Origin: an uncultured bacterium
GTDB taxonomy: Bacteria; Patescibacteriota; Minisyncoccia; UBA6257; GWB1-50-10
Assembly: GCA_963722655.1 (NCBI GenBank)
Contig: CAVRNT010000001.1
Coordinates: forward strand, 313,808 to 377,807
Length of the DNA stretch: 64,000 nucleotides
Direction of reading: 5' to 3'
This document shows positions 8,621-16,818 of this stretch, one piece after another; position 1 is the stretch's first letter, and every line of letters starts with the position of its first letter. The notes below the pieces were generated by a model. That model was not told the DNA's origin. It saw only the letters and a program-made list of their open reading frames with translations, and ran no database searches. The position numbers and the translations under genes were made by a program.

Positions 8621-10462
8621 ATGGCTGATTTCGAAGAGAGAGAAAAAGACGTGGTTTATTTCGGCAAGACCGATTTCCGGAACACCAACCGGCTTTTCGG
8701 CATCAAGCGCCGCGACCGGCGGCAGCATATGTACGTCATCGGTAAGACCGGCACCGGCAAGTCGGCGATGCTCAACAATCTCATCGTCCAGGACGTCGCG
8801 AACGGCGAGGGTTTGTGCGTCGTGGACCCCCACGGAGAATTGGTGGAGGGACTCCTCCAGAAGATCCCGGAGGAGCGGGTGAAGGACGTCATCTACTTCA
8901 ACCCCGCCGACCCGGATTTCCACATCGGCTTCAACGTGCTCGAGCTCCCGGACCCGAAGTACAAGCATTTGGCGGCCTCGGGGCTCATGAGCATCTTTAC
9001 CAAGATCTGGTCCGGCGTCTGGAGCGCCCGGATGGAATACATTCTGAACAACTCGATCCTCGCGCTCCTCGACACGCCCGGTTCCACCCTCCTCGGCATC
9101 ACCCGGCTCCTTGTCGACAAGGAGTACCGCCAGAAGATCATCGCGAACATCAAGGACCCGGTCGTGAAGGCCTTTTGGCTGAACGAATACGAGGAATGGA
9201 AGGACCAGTTCCGGAACGAGGCCATCGCTCCGATCCAGAACAAGGTCGGCCAGTTCCTTTCGACCGCGATGGTCCGGAACATCGTGGGGCAGGCCAAGAG
9301 CACCATCGACATCTTCGACATAATGAACAGCGGGAAGATCTTCCTCGTGAACGTCGCCAAAGGCCGCATCGGCGAGGACAATTCGGCGCTTTTGGGCGCC
9401 ATGCTCATCACGAAGATCCAGCTCGCTGCGATGGAGCGCGTCCGGGTGCCCGAGGACGAGCGGATAGATTTCTATCTTTACGTCGACGAGTTCCAGAACT
9501 TCGCCACCGATTCATTCGCCAACATCTTGTCCGAGGCCCGCAAGTACCGGCTGGACCTCACCTTGGCCCACCAGTACATCGGCCAACTCGTGACGGACGT
9601 TTCAACCAAGGTCCGCGATGCCGTCTTCGGCAACGTCGGCACGATGATCTCTTTCCGGGTCGGGGCGACCGATGCCGAATTTTTGGAAAAGGAGTTCGAG
9701 CCGGAGTTCCTGGCTCAGGATATGGTGAACCTGCCGAACTACCACGTCTATTTGAAATTGATGGTGGACGGCGTGACGAGCCGACCCTTTTCGGCGGTGA
9801 CGCTGCCGCCCTTCAAGGTGACCTCTTCCGAAAAAACCGTCTCCGAGATAATCGAATTCTCGCGCAAGCATTACGCCCGCCCGCGCTATGTGGTGGAGGA
9901 GGAGATCAGTTCTTGGGCCGGCGTTATGGGCGAGAGCGGCGGTGGAGGCGGGGGTGGGGGATTCCCGGTCGTCTGTTCCTCCTGCGGCAAGGAAACGACC
10001 GTGCCCTTCGAGCCCCAACCTGGCCGGCCGGTCTACTGCCGCGATTGCCTCGCGAAGATCAAGGCGGGAGAGCTGAAACCGGTTTGGGTAAAGCCGGGGA
10101 CCTCCGCCACAAAACCCGTCCGCCCCGCGCCTACCGGCGAGCTGGCCGGCTTGGGCATAGAGTTCGAATCCGCGCCGCAGACGCCGATGGCCGCGAAGGA
10201 GAGCGGACCAACACCAAACGCCCACCAACCCATCAAACGCAAGCCTTTCTTCAGGCGCGAAGCGCCGAAGCCGCCGCCGGCGCCGACGTACGAAGAAGAA
10301 ACCCCGACTCACCCAGCGTCCGGCGCCGTTCCTTTGAGCGCCTTGGCACCGAAGACGGAGAGCAAGAATTTGAGGCGCGAACCGGAGGAAGGAGAAAGCA
10401 TCGACGAGCTCCGCACCTCCCTCAAAGAAGCCCTCTCCAAGATCGAAAAAGAAGGAAGCTGA
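8621..10462 (+). CDS. TraD/TraG/VirD4-family ATPase, paralogue with a C-terminal zinc ribbon and a Pro-rich tail
   Basis: Same motif set (VIGKTGTGKS, VVDPHGEL, LYVDEF, RKYRLDLTLAHQYIGQL). The extra C-terminus has a G8 run, CSSCGKETTVPFEPQPGRPVYCRDC (CxxC-N17-CxxC), and a low-complexity P/A/K-rich tail. Confidence 0.7.
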   Translation: MADFEEREKDVVYFGKTDFRNTNRLFGIKRRDRRQHMYVIGKTGTGKSAMLNNLIVQDVANGEGLCVVDPHGELVEGLLQKIPEERVKDVIYFNPADPDFHIGFNVLELPDPKYKHLAASGLMSIFTKIWSGVWSARMEYILNNSILALLDTPGSTLLGITRLLVDKEYRQKIIANIKDPVVKAFWLNEYEEWKDQFRNEAIAPIQNKVGQFLSTAMVRNIVGQAKSTIDIFDIMNSGKIFLVNVAKGRIGEDNSALLGAMLITKIQLAAMERVRVPEDERIDFYLYVDEFQNFATDSFANILSEARKYRLDLTLAHQYIGQLVTDVSTKVRDAVFGNVGTMISFRVGATDAEFLEKEFEPEFLAQDMVNLPNYHVYLKLMVDGVTSRPFSAVTLPPFKVTSSEKTVSEIIEFSRKHYARPRYVVEEEISSWAGVMGESGGGGGGGGFPVVCSSCGKETTVPFEPQPGRPVYCRDCLAKIKAGELKPVWVKPGTSATKPVRPAPTGELAGLGIEFESAPQTPMAAKESGPTPNAHQPIKRKPFFRREAPKPPPAPTYEEETPTHPASGAVPLSALAPKTESKNLRREPEEGESIDELRTSLKEALSKIEKEGS

Positions 10463-10487
10463 ACTTCCGTTGGGAAATTCAGCTTCC
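10452..10487 (+). terminator. palindromic hairpin overlapping the stop codon (GGAAGCTGAACTTCC family)
   Basis: GGAAGCTGAA...TTCAGCTTCC inverted repeat. The 15-mer GGAAGCTGAACTTCC is itself palindromic. The same motif recurs at 17733. Confidence 0.45.
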
Positions 10488-10519
10488 GGACATTCCCATC
10501 CGTCGTTAAAAAAGGCCTT

Positions 10520-11095
10520 TTAGGCCTTTTCTATCCGTTCAACGTATTCGCCGGTCGCGGTATTAACTCTAACGATATCGCCTTCGTTGATGAAAAGGGG
10601 AGCATTCACCTTCGCGCCCGTCTCCAAAATCACGACCTTCCCGCCGCCCGAGGCCGTGTCGCCCTTGATGGCCGGCGGCGCTTCGGTCACCTTAAGATCC
10701 ATCTTGATGGGCAGTTCGATGTTGATGATCTTTTCCCCAAATTTGTAGGCGGTGACCTCCGTGTTGTTCTTCAGGAACTTGGCTGCTTCGCCAATCGTGT
10801 CGGCGGGGATGGAAAAGCGGTTCTTCGGATTGCCCTTTTCGTTGAACCAGTACTCGCCGCGGCTCTCGTAAACGAAGTTGACCGGCGTCATGTCAATCTC
10901 CGCCTCCACGTAATCCTCGTTCTGGTGGGCGGCGTATTCCTGCGTCTTGCCGCTCACGAGATTGATGATCTTGAGTTGCATCACCGGTTTCCTCTGCTGC
11001 ATCCGGATGAAGGCAGATTCCAAGACCTTGAAAGGAGCGCCGTCCTTAAGGAAGATCGTCCCGACTTTTAGTTCGTTGTATGATAACCTTGCCAT
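10520..11095 (-). CDS. efp: elongation factor P
   Basis: KVGTIF...ELPIKMDLKVTEAPPAIKGDTASGGGKVVILETGAKVNAPLFINEGDIVRVNTATGEYVERI is the EF-P three-domain pattern. ATG 11095 is the likely start; the tracked ORF extends to 11104. Confidence 0.9.
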   Translation of the reverse strand: MARLSYNELKVGTIFLKDGAPFKVLESAFIRMQQRKPVMQLKIINLVSGKTQEYAAHQNEDYVEAEIDMTPVNFVYESRGEYWFNEKGNPKNRFSIPADTIGEAAKFLKNNTEVTAYKFGEKIINIELPIKMDLKVTEAPPAIKGDTASGGGKVVILETGAKVNAPLFINEGDIVRVNTATGEYVERIEKA

Positions 11096-11149
11096 AGCGT
11101 TCACTATTCTATTGAAAATCCACTAGAATTTCAAGATAATGCCTCGGCG

Positions 11150-12241
11150 ATGATACATAAGACTAAAAAGGTGTTTGTCGGCATGAGCGGAGGAGTCGAT
11201 AGTTCCGTCGCCGCTTATCTGCTCGAAAAACAGGGTTACGACGTGACCGGCGTTTTTCTGCGCTCATACAACTTGGATGGCTGCGCCGAACGCGATGCCG
11301 AGGACGCCCGCCGGGTGGCCGAGCAGATCGGCATTCCTTTCTATGTCTTCGACTGTGAAAAGGAGTACAAGGATAAGGTGGTGGACTATATGGTGAAAGG
11401 CTACGCCGCCGGTGAGACGCCAAATCCGGACGTGATGTGCAATAAGGAGATAAAGTTTGGGCTCTTTTACGACAAGGCGCTCACGATGGGGGCCGACTAC
11501 GTGGCGACCGGACACTACGTAATTCTTCGCCGGAATTCTCTCTTTGAAGCGAGGGATAAAAATAAAGATCAGTCCTACTTTTTGTGGACATTAACGCAGG
11601 TGCAGCTCGCGCATTGCTTGTTCCCGATAGGGAAATACACGAAGCCCGAGGTGCGAGAGATCGCGCGCAAGGCCGGGCTCCCGACGGCCGAGAAAAAGGA
11701 CTCGCAGGGCATCTGCTTTTTAGGGCAGGTGTCGCTCGAAGATTTCCTCAAGGATTACATCAAGCCGATGCCGGGAGAGGTATTGACGGTAGATGGGCAT
11801 AGGATCGGCGACCACGCCGGTGCCGCTTTCTACACCATCGGCCAGCGTCACGGACTGAATCTGGGAATGACGAACAAAGAATTGGGGATACGCGGCGCGA
11901 AGACGACGAAACCATATTATGTCGCGGAGAAAGATATCGCGACGAACACCGTCGTCGTCGCTGAGGGCGACGACAACCCAGCTCTTTTTCGGAAGGAAGT
12001 GAAGCTCGCCGACGTCAATTTTATCAGCCCGAAGACTGATGCAACTCTCCGTGCGAATAAAAATATGAACGTTATGGCGCGGGTCAGATACAGACAGCCA
12101 CTTACAGAAGCGATTTTGTCTTACGGCGCCGATTTCCTTTCCATCAAGTTCAGTCAGCCGGTCAAATTCGTGGCCAAGGGTCAGTCAGCCGTTTTTTATT
12201 CGAAGGAAGGAGAAATGCTGGGTGGAGGAGTCATTTGTTGA
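11150..12241 (+). CDS. mnmA: tRNA-specific 2-thiouridylase MnmA
   Basis: N-terminal PP-loop VFVGMSGGVDSSV, then CNKEIKFGLFYDKAL and TGHY motifs. Confidence 0.9.
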   Translation: MIHKTKKVFVGMSGGVDSSVAAYLLEKQGYDVTGVFLRSYNLDGCAERDAEDARRVAEQIGIPFYVFDCEKEYKDKVVDYMVKGYAAGETPNPDVMCNKEIKFGLFYDKALTMGADYVATGHYVILRRNSLFEARDKNKDQSYFLWTLTQVQLAHCLFPIGKYTKPEVREIARKAGLPTAEKKDSQGICFLGQVSLEDFLKDYIKPMPGEVLTVDGHRIGDHAGAAFYTIGQRHGLNLGMTNKELGIRGAKTTKPYYVAEKDIATNTVVVAEGDDNPALFRKEVKLADVNFISPKTDATLRANKNMNVMARVRYRQPLTEAILSYGADFLSIKFSQPVKFVAKGQSAVFYSKEGEMLGGGVIC

Positions 12242-12278
12242 CAACGTTCGCGGGGGATAATCGTGGTATACTTTATAC

Positions 12279-12944
12279 ATGACCATAGCATCAGTTCTAG
12301 TGGTGTTACAGATGGCGATTTCACTGCTTTCGATGGCTAGTGCTCCGGGAGTCCCCGCCAATATCCTCCAAGAAGCCCAGTCATTCGCCGCCCAAGCGAT
12401 GACTCTTGCCACACAAGCATTAGAACAATCCCCTGACACGCAATTAGGTTCAATCCCCAGCACTTCTCCGGTTTCGAGTGACGTAAGCACTTCGGGGATA
12501 GCGGTGAACTACACTCCTCCAGTCCAGAACACGCTTGGATCGGGGATGGGAACCGTGGTTGAGTCCGCTCCAGCTCCAACTTCCACGCCAATAACAAGTT
12601 GTACAATCACTGGAACTTATAATGGGCCGAATCGAGACGATTTTTCCAAAAACATGAATGAAATGACGAGAGTTATGGATAGAGAAATGTATGTTTCATT
12701 CACATATACCCTCAATGGTGAACCAACTTCTACACCTGTATACATAAGCGGAGATGACACACCTCAGATTATTTCTCCTTCCCAGTCAAATACGCTCCTT
12801 AGAAATCTTTATGTGTTAAGGATAGGAGATGCTGTCTGTGAAGCTCGTTGGGCGAACAATTGGTTGTCTCAAGACATGATGCCTGTCACCTCGCTGTCTC
12901 AAGGCATCACGCCTGCTAGTGGCGAAACTACGGTCGGTTTCTGA
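12279..12944 (+). CDS. secreted Ser/Thr-rich protein of unknown function
   Basis: Signal-peptide-like N-terminus (MTIASVLVVLQMAISLLSMASA), then a low-complexity S/T/P region. AT-rich. The extended -10 TGGTATACT at 12263-12271 lies 7 nt before the ATG, so the mRNA is leaderless. Confidence 0.5.
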   Translation: MTIASVLVVLQMAISLLSMASAPGVPANILQEAQSFAAQAMTLATQALEQSPDTQLGSIPSTSPVSSDVSTSGIAVNYTPPVQNTLGSGMGTVVESAPAPTSTPITSCTITGTYNGPNRDDFSKNMNEMTRVMDREMYVSFTYTLNGEPTSTPVYISGDDTPQIISPSQSNTLLRNLYVLRIGDAVCEARWANNWLSQDMMPVTSLSQGITPASGETTVGF

Positions 12945-13302
12945 CCGGTATCAAACCCGCACCTCCTCTGGCGGCCAGTTTCGTTATGAGTCCCGGCACG
13001 GCTCCAGTCGCGCCCGTGACCAATTTTCTTCCCACCGCTTCGGGATTGGCGAAAGTCCTCACTGCGGCACTTCTTGCCATGTTCAAAAGGAATTACGTAC
13101 TTCGTAATGCTCGTCTTTTTCAACGGAATACCCTCACTCCAGAAAATCGCTACAAGGCGGTTTTTTAACGATGTTCCGTTTCTCCTACCATTAATGATTT
13201 AGAGTTGTTGTAATAATTACGTTGAGACAGCAATACACAAATCCGTCTCGTGTTTCATTTGTCTCACTGGAGTTTGGCATGCTAGAATAACCTATATTAT
13301 AT

Positions 13303-14682
13303 ATGCGTACTCTTGCGCGCGAACTGCCGGAGAGGGAGGGGAAAGAAGCCGAATTGATTGGCTGGGTGGACACGCGCCGCAATCACGGCAAACTCATCTT
13401 TATCGACCTGCGTGACAGAAGCGGCATTACCCAGGTAGTCTTCACGCCGAAGGATAAGGATCTGCACGGCCTGGCGGAAAATCTCCGGCCAGAATGGGTA
13501 GTAAAAGTAACCGGCACAGTCGGCAAGCGTCCGGCCGGTATGGAAAATCCTAAGATCCCTGGAGGCCATCACGAGATGCAGGCAACTGGCTTGGAAATCT
13601 TGGCTGAGGCCAAAACACCCCCATTCGACGTCACGGGAGACGGCCGTGAAATAGGTGAGGACACGCGGATGCAGTACCGCTATCTGGACCTGCGCCGACC
13701 ACGCCTCCAGAAGAACCTTCGCCATCGGGCGGCTGTCATAAAACACATCCGAGATTTCCTCTCGGAACGCGATTTCACGGATATTGAGACGCCGGTCCTC
13801 GGCCGCTCGACTCCGGAGGGCGCGCGCGACTATCTCGTGCCGGCCCGTATTCATCCCGGTAAGTTCTATGCCCTCCCCCAGGCGCCCCAGCAGTACAAGC
13901 AGCTCTTCATGGTGGCGGGGCTCGAGCGCTATTTCCAGATCGCCCGGTGCTTCCGCGACGAGGATACGAGAGGCGACCGCCAGCCGGAATTCACCCAGCT
14001 CGACCTCGAAATGAGCTTCGTCGAGCGCGAAGATGTGATGAAATTGAACGAGGAGCTTTTGATAAGCATCGTCAAGACGTTATATCCGGAAAAGAAGATC
14101 CAGGAAATTCCCTTTCCGCGCCTGACATATAAGGAAGTAATGGAAAAGTACGGCGCCGACCGGCCGGATCTGCGGAAAGACAAGAACGACTCGAACCTTT
14201 TGGCTTTCTGCTGGATCGTGGACTTCCCGTTCTTCGAGAAAACCGATGGTGGTTGGACCTTCACGCATAATCCTTTCTCAGCCCCAAAGCCGGAATATAT
14301 GAATGACCTCTTGGCACATAAGAACATCCCCAAAATTCTCACATCACAATACGATGTCGCCTTGAATGGCTGGGAGATCGGCGGGGGAAGCATCCGGAAC
14401 CATGATTCCAAAGCGCTCAAAGCAGTCCTCCGGATAATCGGTTACGAAGACCCGAAGGAGAACTTCGGCCATATGCTCGAGGCCTTCGAATATGGGGCGC
14501 CACCGCACGGCGGCATCGCTTGGGGGCTGGACCGCCTCGTGATGATATTGGAGAACGAGCCGAACATCCGCGAGGTCATTGCCTTCCCGAAAACGGGGGA
14601 CGGCCGGGACCTGATGACGGGCGCCCCGGCGGAGGTGAGCCCGAAGCAGCTCAAGGAACTTCACATCAAGACGGAAAAGTAG
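13303..14682 (+). CDS. aspS: aspartate--tRNA ligase, bacterial-type motifs but lacking the GAD insertion domain
   Basis: Bacterial class II motif 2 FRDEDTRGDRQPEFTQLDLEMSF and motif 3 GGGSIRNHD...GLDRLVMIL. The protein is only 459 aa; about 120 aa expected between motifs 2 and 3 are absent. Confidence 0.88.
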   Translation: MRTLARELPEREGKEAELIGWVDTRRNHGKLIFIDLRDRSGITQVVFTPKDKDLHGLAENLRPEWVVKVTGTVGKRPAGMENPKIPGGHHEMQATGLEILAEAKTPPFDVTGDGREIGEDTRMQYRYLDLRRPRLQKNLRHRAAVIKHIRDFLSERDFTDIETPVLGRSTPEGARDYLVPARIHPGKFYALPQAPQQYKQLFMVAGLERYFQIARCFRDEDTRGDRQPEFTQLDLEMSFVEREDVMKLNEELLISIVKTLYPEKKIQEIPFPRLTYKEVMEKYGADRPDLRKDKNDSNLLAFCWIVDFPFFEKTDGGWTFTHNPFSAPKPEYMNDLLAHKNIPKILTSQYDVALNGWEIGGGSIRNHDSKALKAVLRIIGYEDPKENFGHMLEAFEYGAPPHGGIAWGLDRLVMILENEPNIREVIAFPKTGDGRDLMTGAPAEVSPKQLKELHIKTEK

Positions 14683-14686
14683 ATCT

Positions 14687-15181
14687 ATGGAGAATCAGCA
14701 TCTTCACGAAGTGGCCATCACGGCCATAATCGTCAAAGATGGAAAATTCCTAATAACCCGCCGCTCGCCGAAAAAAAAGCGCTTTCCGGGGAAATGGACG
14801 GTGCCGGGAGGAAAGATGGAGACGAGCGACTATTTGAAGTTGCCGAAGGACACCGAGTTCTATTGGTACAACGTTCTGGAAAAGACGTTGCGCCGGGAGG
14901 TAAAGGAAGAAGTCGGTATAGATATTGACAACATAGAATACGTCACGAGTTTAGCGACGGTTCATAATGACGGCAGTCCATCCTTGGTCATTTCGTGTGT
15001 CGCCGATTATGCCGGTGGCGATATCACACTTCAATTAGATGAGTCTGATGAACACGCTTGGGTGGATTTAGATGAAGCGAAGGGTTATGATCTGCTGGAT
15101 GGGATTTACGACGAGTTAATTATGGCCGAAAAGAAACGCAAAGGCGAAAAAGTTGAATGGAAAAGATTTAATAAAAAATGA
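14687..15181 (+). CDS. NUDIX hydrolase
   Basis: Nudix box remnant GGKME...LRREVKEEVGI. Coupled to ndk with a 4-nt overlap. Confidence 0.7.
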   Translation: MENQHLHEVAITAIIVKDGKFLITRRSPKKKRFPGKWTVPGGKMETSDYLKLPKDTEFYWYNVLEKTLRREVKEEVGIDIDNIEYVTSLATVHNDGSPSLVISCVADYAGGDITLQLDESDEHAWVDLDEAKGYDLLDGIYDELIMAEKKRKGEKVEWKRFNKK

Positions 15182-15777
15182 ACACGTCAAAACAAAGAAC
15201 ATTAGTGATCATTAAACCGGATGGGGTGCAACGCAATTTGATTGGCGAAATAGTTCACCGCATTGAGCGTACCGGTTTGAAGCTCGTGGCCATGAAATTA
15301 ATGGTCGCGACGCCCGAGCAAGGACTGGCTCACTACGGCAAAAACGACGAGTGGCTAAATGCTAAGGGAGCGAGGCGGATCGAGCAAATGAAAGCCGCTG
15401 GGAAGCCAGTGACAAAAGCGCCAAAAGATTATGGCATGGACATAGTGAACGCGAACGTGAAATTCATCATTGCCGGACCTATCGTTCCGATGATCTGGGA
15501 GGGAAACGAGGCGGTCGGCGTGGTCAAAAAGATAGTGGGTACGACGGAACCGCTCACTTCAGATGTCGGTACCATAAGAGGGGACCTGACCATAGATTCC
15601 TATGACCTATCAGATAACGACGAACGATGTGTCAGAAATTTGGTTCATTGCACGAGTGATCCGGAAGAAACGGAGCGGGAGGTGGCGATTTGGTTCAAAC
15701 CCGGGGAAATAGTGAACTATAAGCACATCAACGAGCGGATGCTCTACGATGTGAATTTAGAGGGTATCTTGGAATAA
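15178..15777 (+). CDS. ndk: nucleoside diphosphate kinase (with a ~45-aa insertion)
   Basis: TLVIIKPDGVQRNLIGEIVHRIE...IIAGPIVPMIWEGNEAVGVVKKIVGTTEP...GTIRGDL...NLVHCSD. The protein is 199 aa against the usual ~140. Confidence 0.85.
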   Translation: MNTSKQRTLVIIKPDGVQRNLIGEIVHRIERTGLKLVAMKLMVATPEQGLAHYGKNDEWLNAKGARRIEQMKAAGKPVTKAPKDYGMDIVNANVKFIIAGPIVPMIWEGNEAVGVVKKIVGTTEPLTSDVGTIRGDLTIDSYDLSDNDERCVRNLVHCTSDPEETEREVAIWFKPGEIVNYKHINERMLYDVNLEGILE

Positions 15778-15812
15778 GTGGCTGGAAGCTGGTGAATTTG
15801 TCGTGAAAATTG

Positions 15813-15848
15813 CCTGGAACGTTTTAAAATGTTCCGGGCGTGATTTTT
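15813..15848 (+). terminator. rho-independent terminator (GGAAC...GTTCC palindrome)
   Basis: CCTGGAAC-N10-GTTCCGGG followed by CGTGATTTTT. Downstream of ndk. Confidence 0.55.
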
Positions 15849-16151
15849 AGGGTATCTTGTCAACTTTTTATCCACCGTTCCAGTTTCATGTTCCCAGGGC
15901 GGGTTTATAATTATATTGTCCCGCCAGTAAGATTCCGGATTACTTAAAGATTACAGGGACGCCTCTATAGGCCGATTTCATTGAGGATCAAGTTTTACTT
16001 TTTCTTCACCACAACCGACCTGCGGCGACCCACTTGGACTTATCCAGGATGAATCTTCAGGCGGGGCTTTGTTAGCCCCCATCGGCGTTCGCTTATGGGG
16101 TTTAACAATGCCACGTTTTTTGTTATATTGAACCCACCTTAAGAGAGGGAG

Positions 16152-16817
16152 ATGAATATCTTGCCATTGGTTTTAGTCGCGGCTTTGGTGGACAGCTTTC
16201 AGCCCTGCGCCTTTTCCGTTTTGCTCCTCACCATCGGATTTCTTTTCAGTTTAGGCAAGGAACGCAGCGGCATCTTGAAGATCGGCGGCGCTTACATCTT
16301 CGGCATCTTTCTCGCTTACGTCACGATCGGCCTCGGTATCCTCGGGGCCTTGAGCGCCTTCGGAATGCCGAACTTCGCGGCGAAGATCGGTGCTTCACTC
16401 CTCATCCTCGCCGGTGCGATCGAGCTCTTGAACGTCTACGTTCCTGCCTTCCCGATCAAACTGAAGATACCGCAGGGAGCGCACAACCGGATTGCCGCCT
16501 TGATGGCCAAGGCCTCGGTACCAATGGGCTTCGTCCTCGGCGCCGCGGTCGGCCTCTTCGAGTTCCCGTGCGCTGGCGGTCCGTACCTGATGATCCTCGG
16601 GCTCCTGCACGATACGGCGACGCGCTTCGAAGGTCTCGGCTACCTTTTGCTCTACAATCTGGTCTTCGTATTGCCGCTCATCGTGATCCTCCTCGTCGCG
16701 AGCAGTCCGCTCTTGCTCGGGAAGGTGCAAAGATGGCGCAAAGAGAACAGCGGGAGTTTCAGGTTGTGGACGGGGATAGTGATGATATTATTGGGTTTAG
16801 TGATATTCTTAATCTAA
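16152..16817 (+). CDS. ccdA: cytochrome c-type biogenesis / thiol-disulfide transporter CcdA (DsbD-family core)
   Basis: A 6-TM protein with the two conserved Cys in QPCAFSV and FPCAGGPY. GAGGGAG SD precedes the ATG. Confidence 0.8.
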   Translation: MNILPLVLVAALVDSFQPCAFSVLLLTIGFLFSLGKERSGILKIGGAYIFGIFLAYVTIGLGILGALSAFGMPNFAAKIGASLLILAGAIELLNVYVPAFPIKLKIPQGAHNRIAALMAKASVPMGFVLGAAVGLFEFPCAGGPYLMILGLLHDTATRFEGLGYLLLYNLVFVLPLIVILLVASSPLLLGKVQRWRKENSGSFRLWTGIVMILLGLVIFLI

Positions 16818-16818
16818 G

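Noticed and set aside
8815-10509. 564-aa plus-strand ORF overlapping the second T4CP-like gene in another frame
   Set aside because: The translation is Arg/Pro/Gly-rich and low-complexity. It is an alternative-frame artefact of a GC-rich gene.
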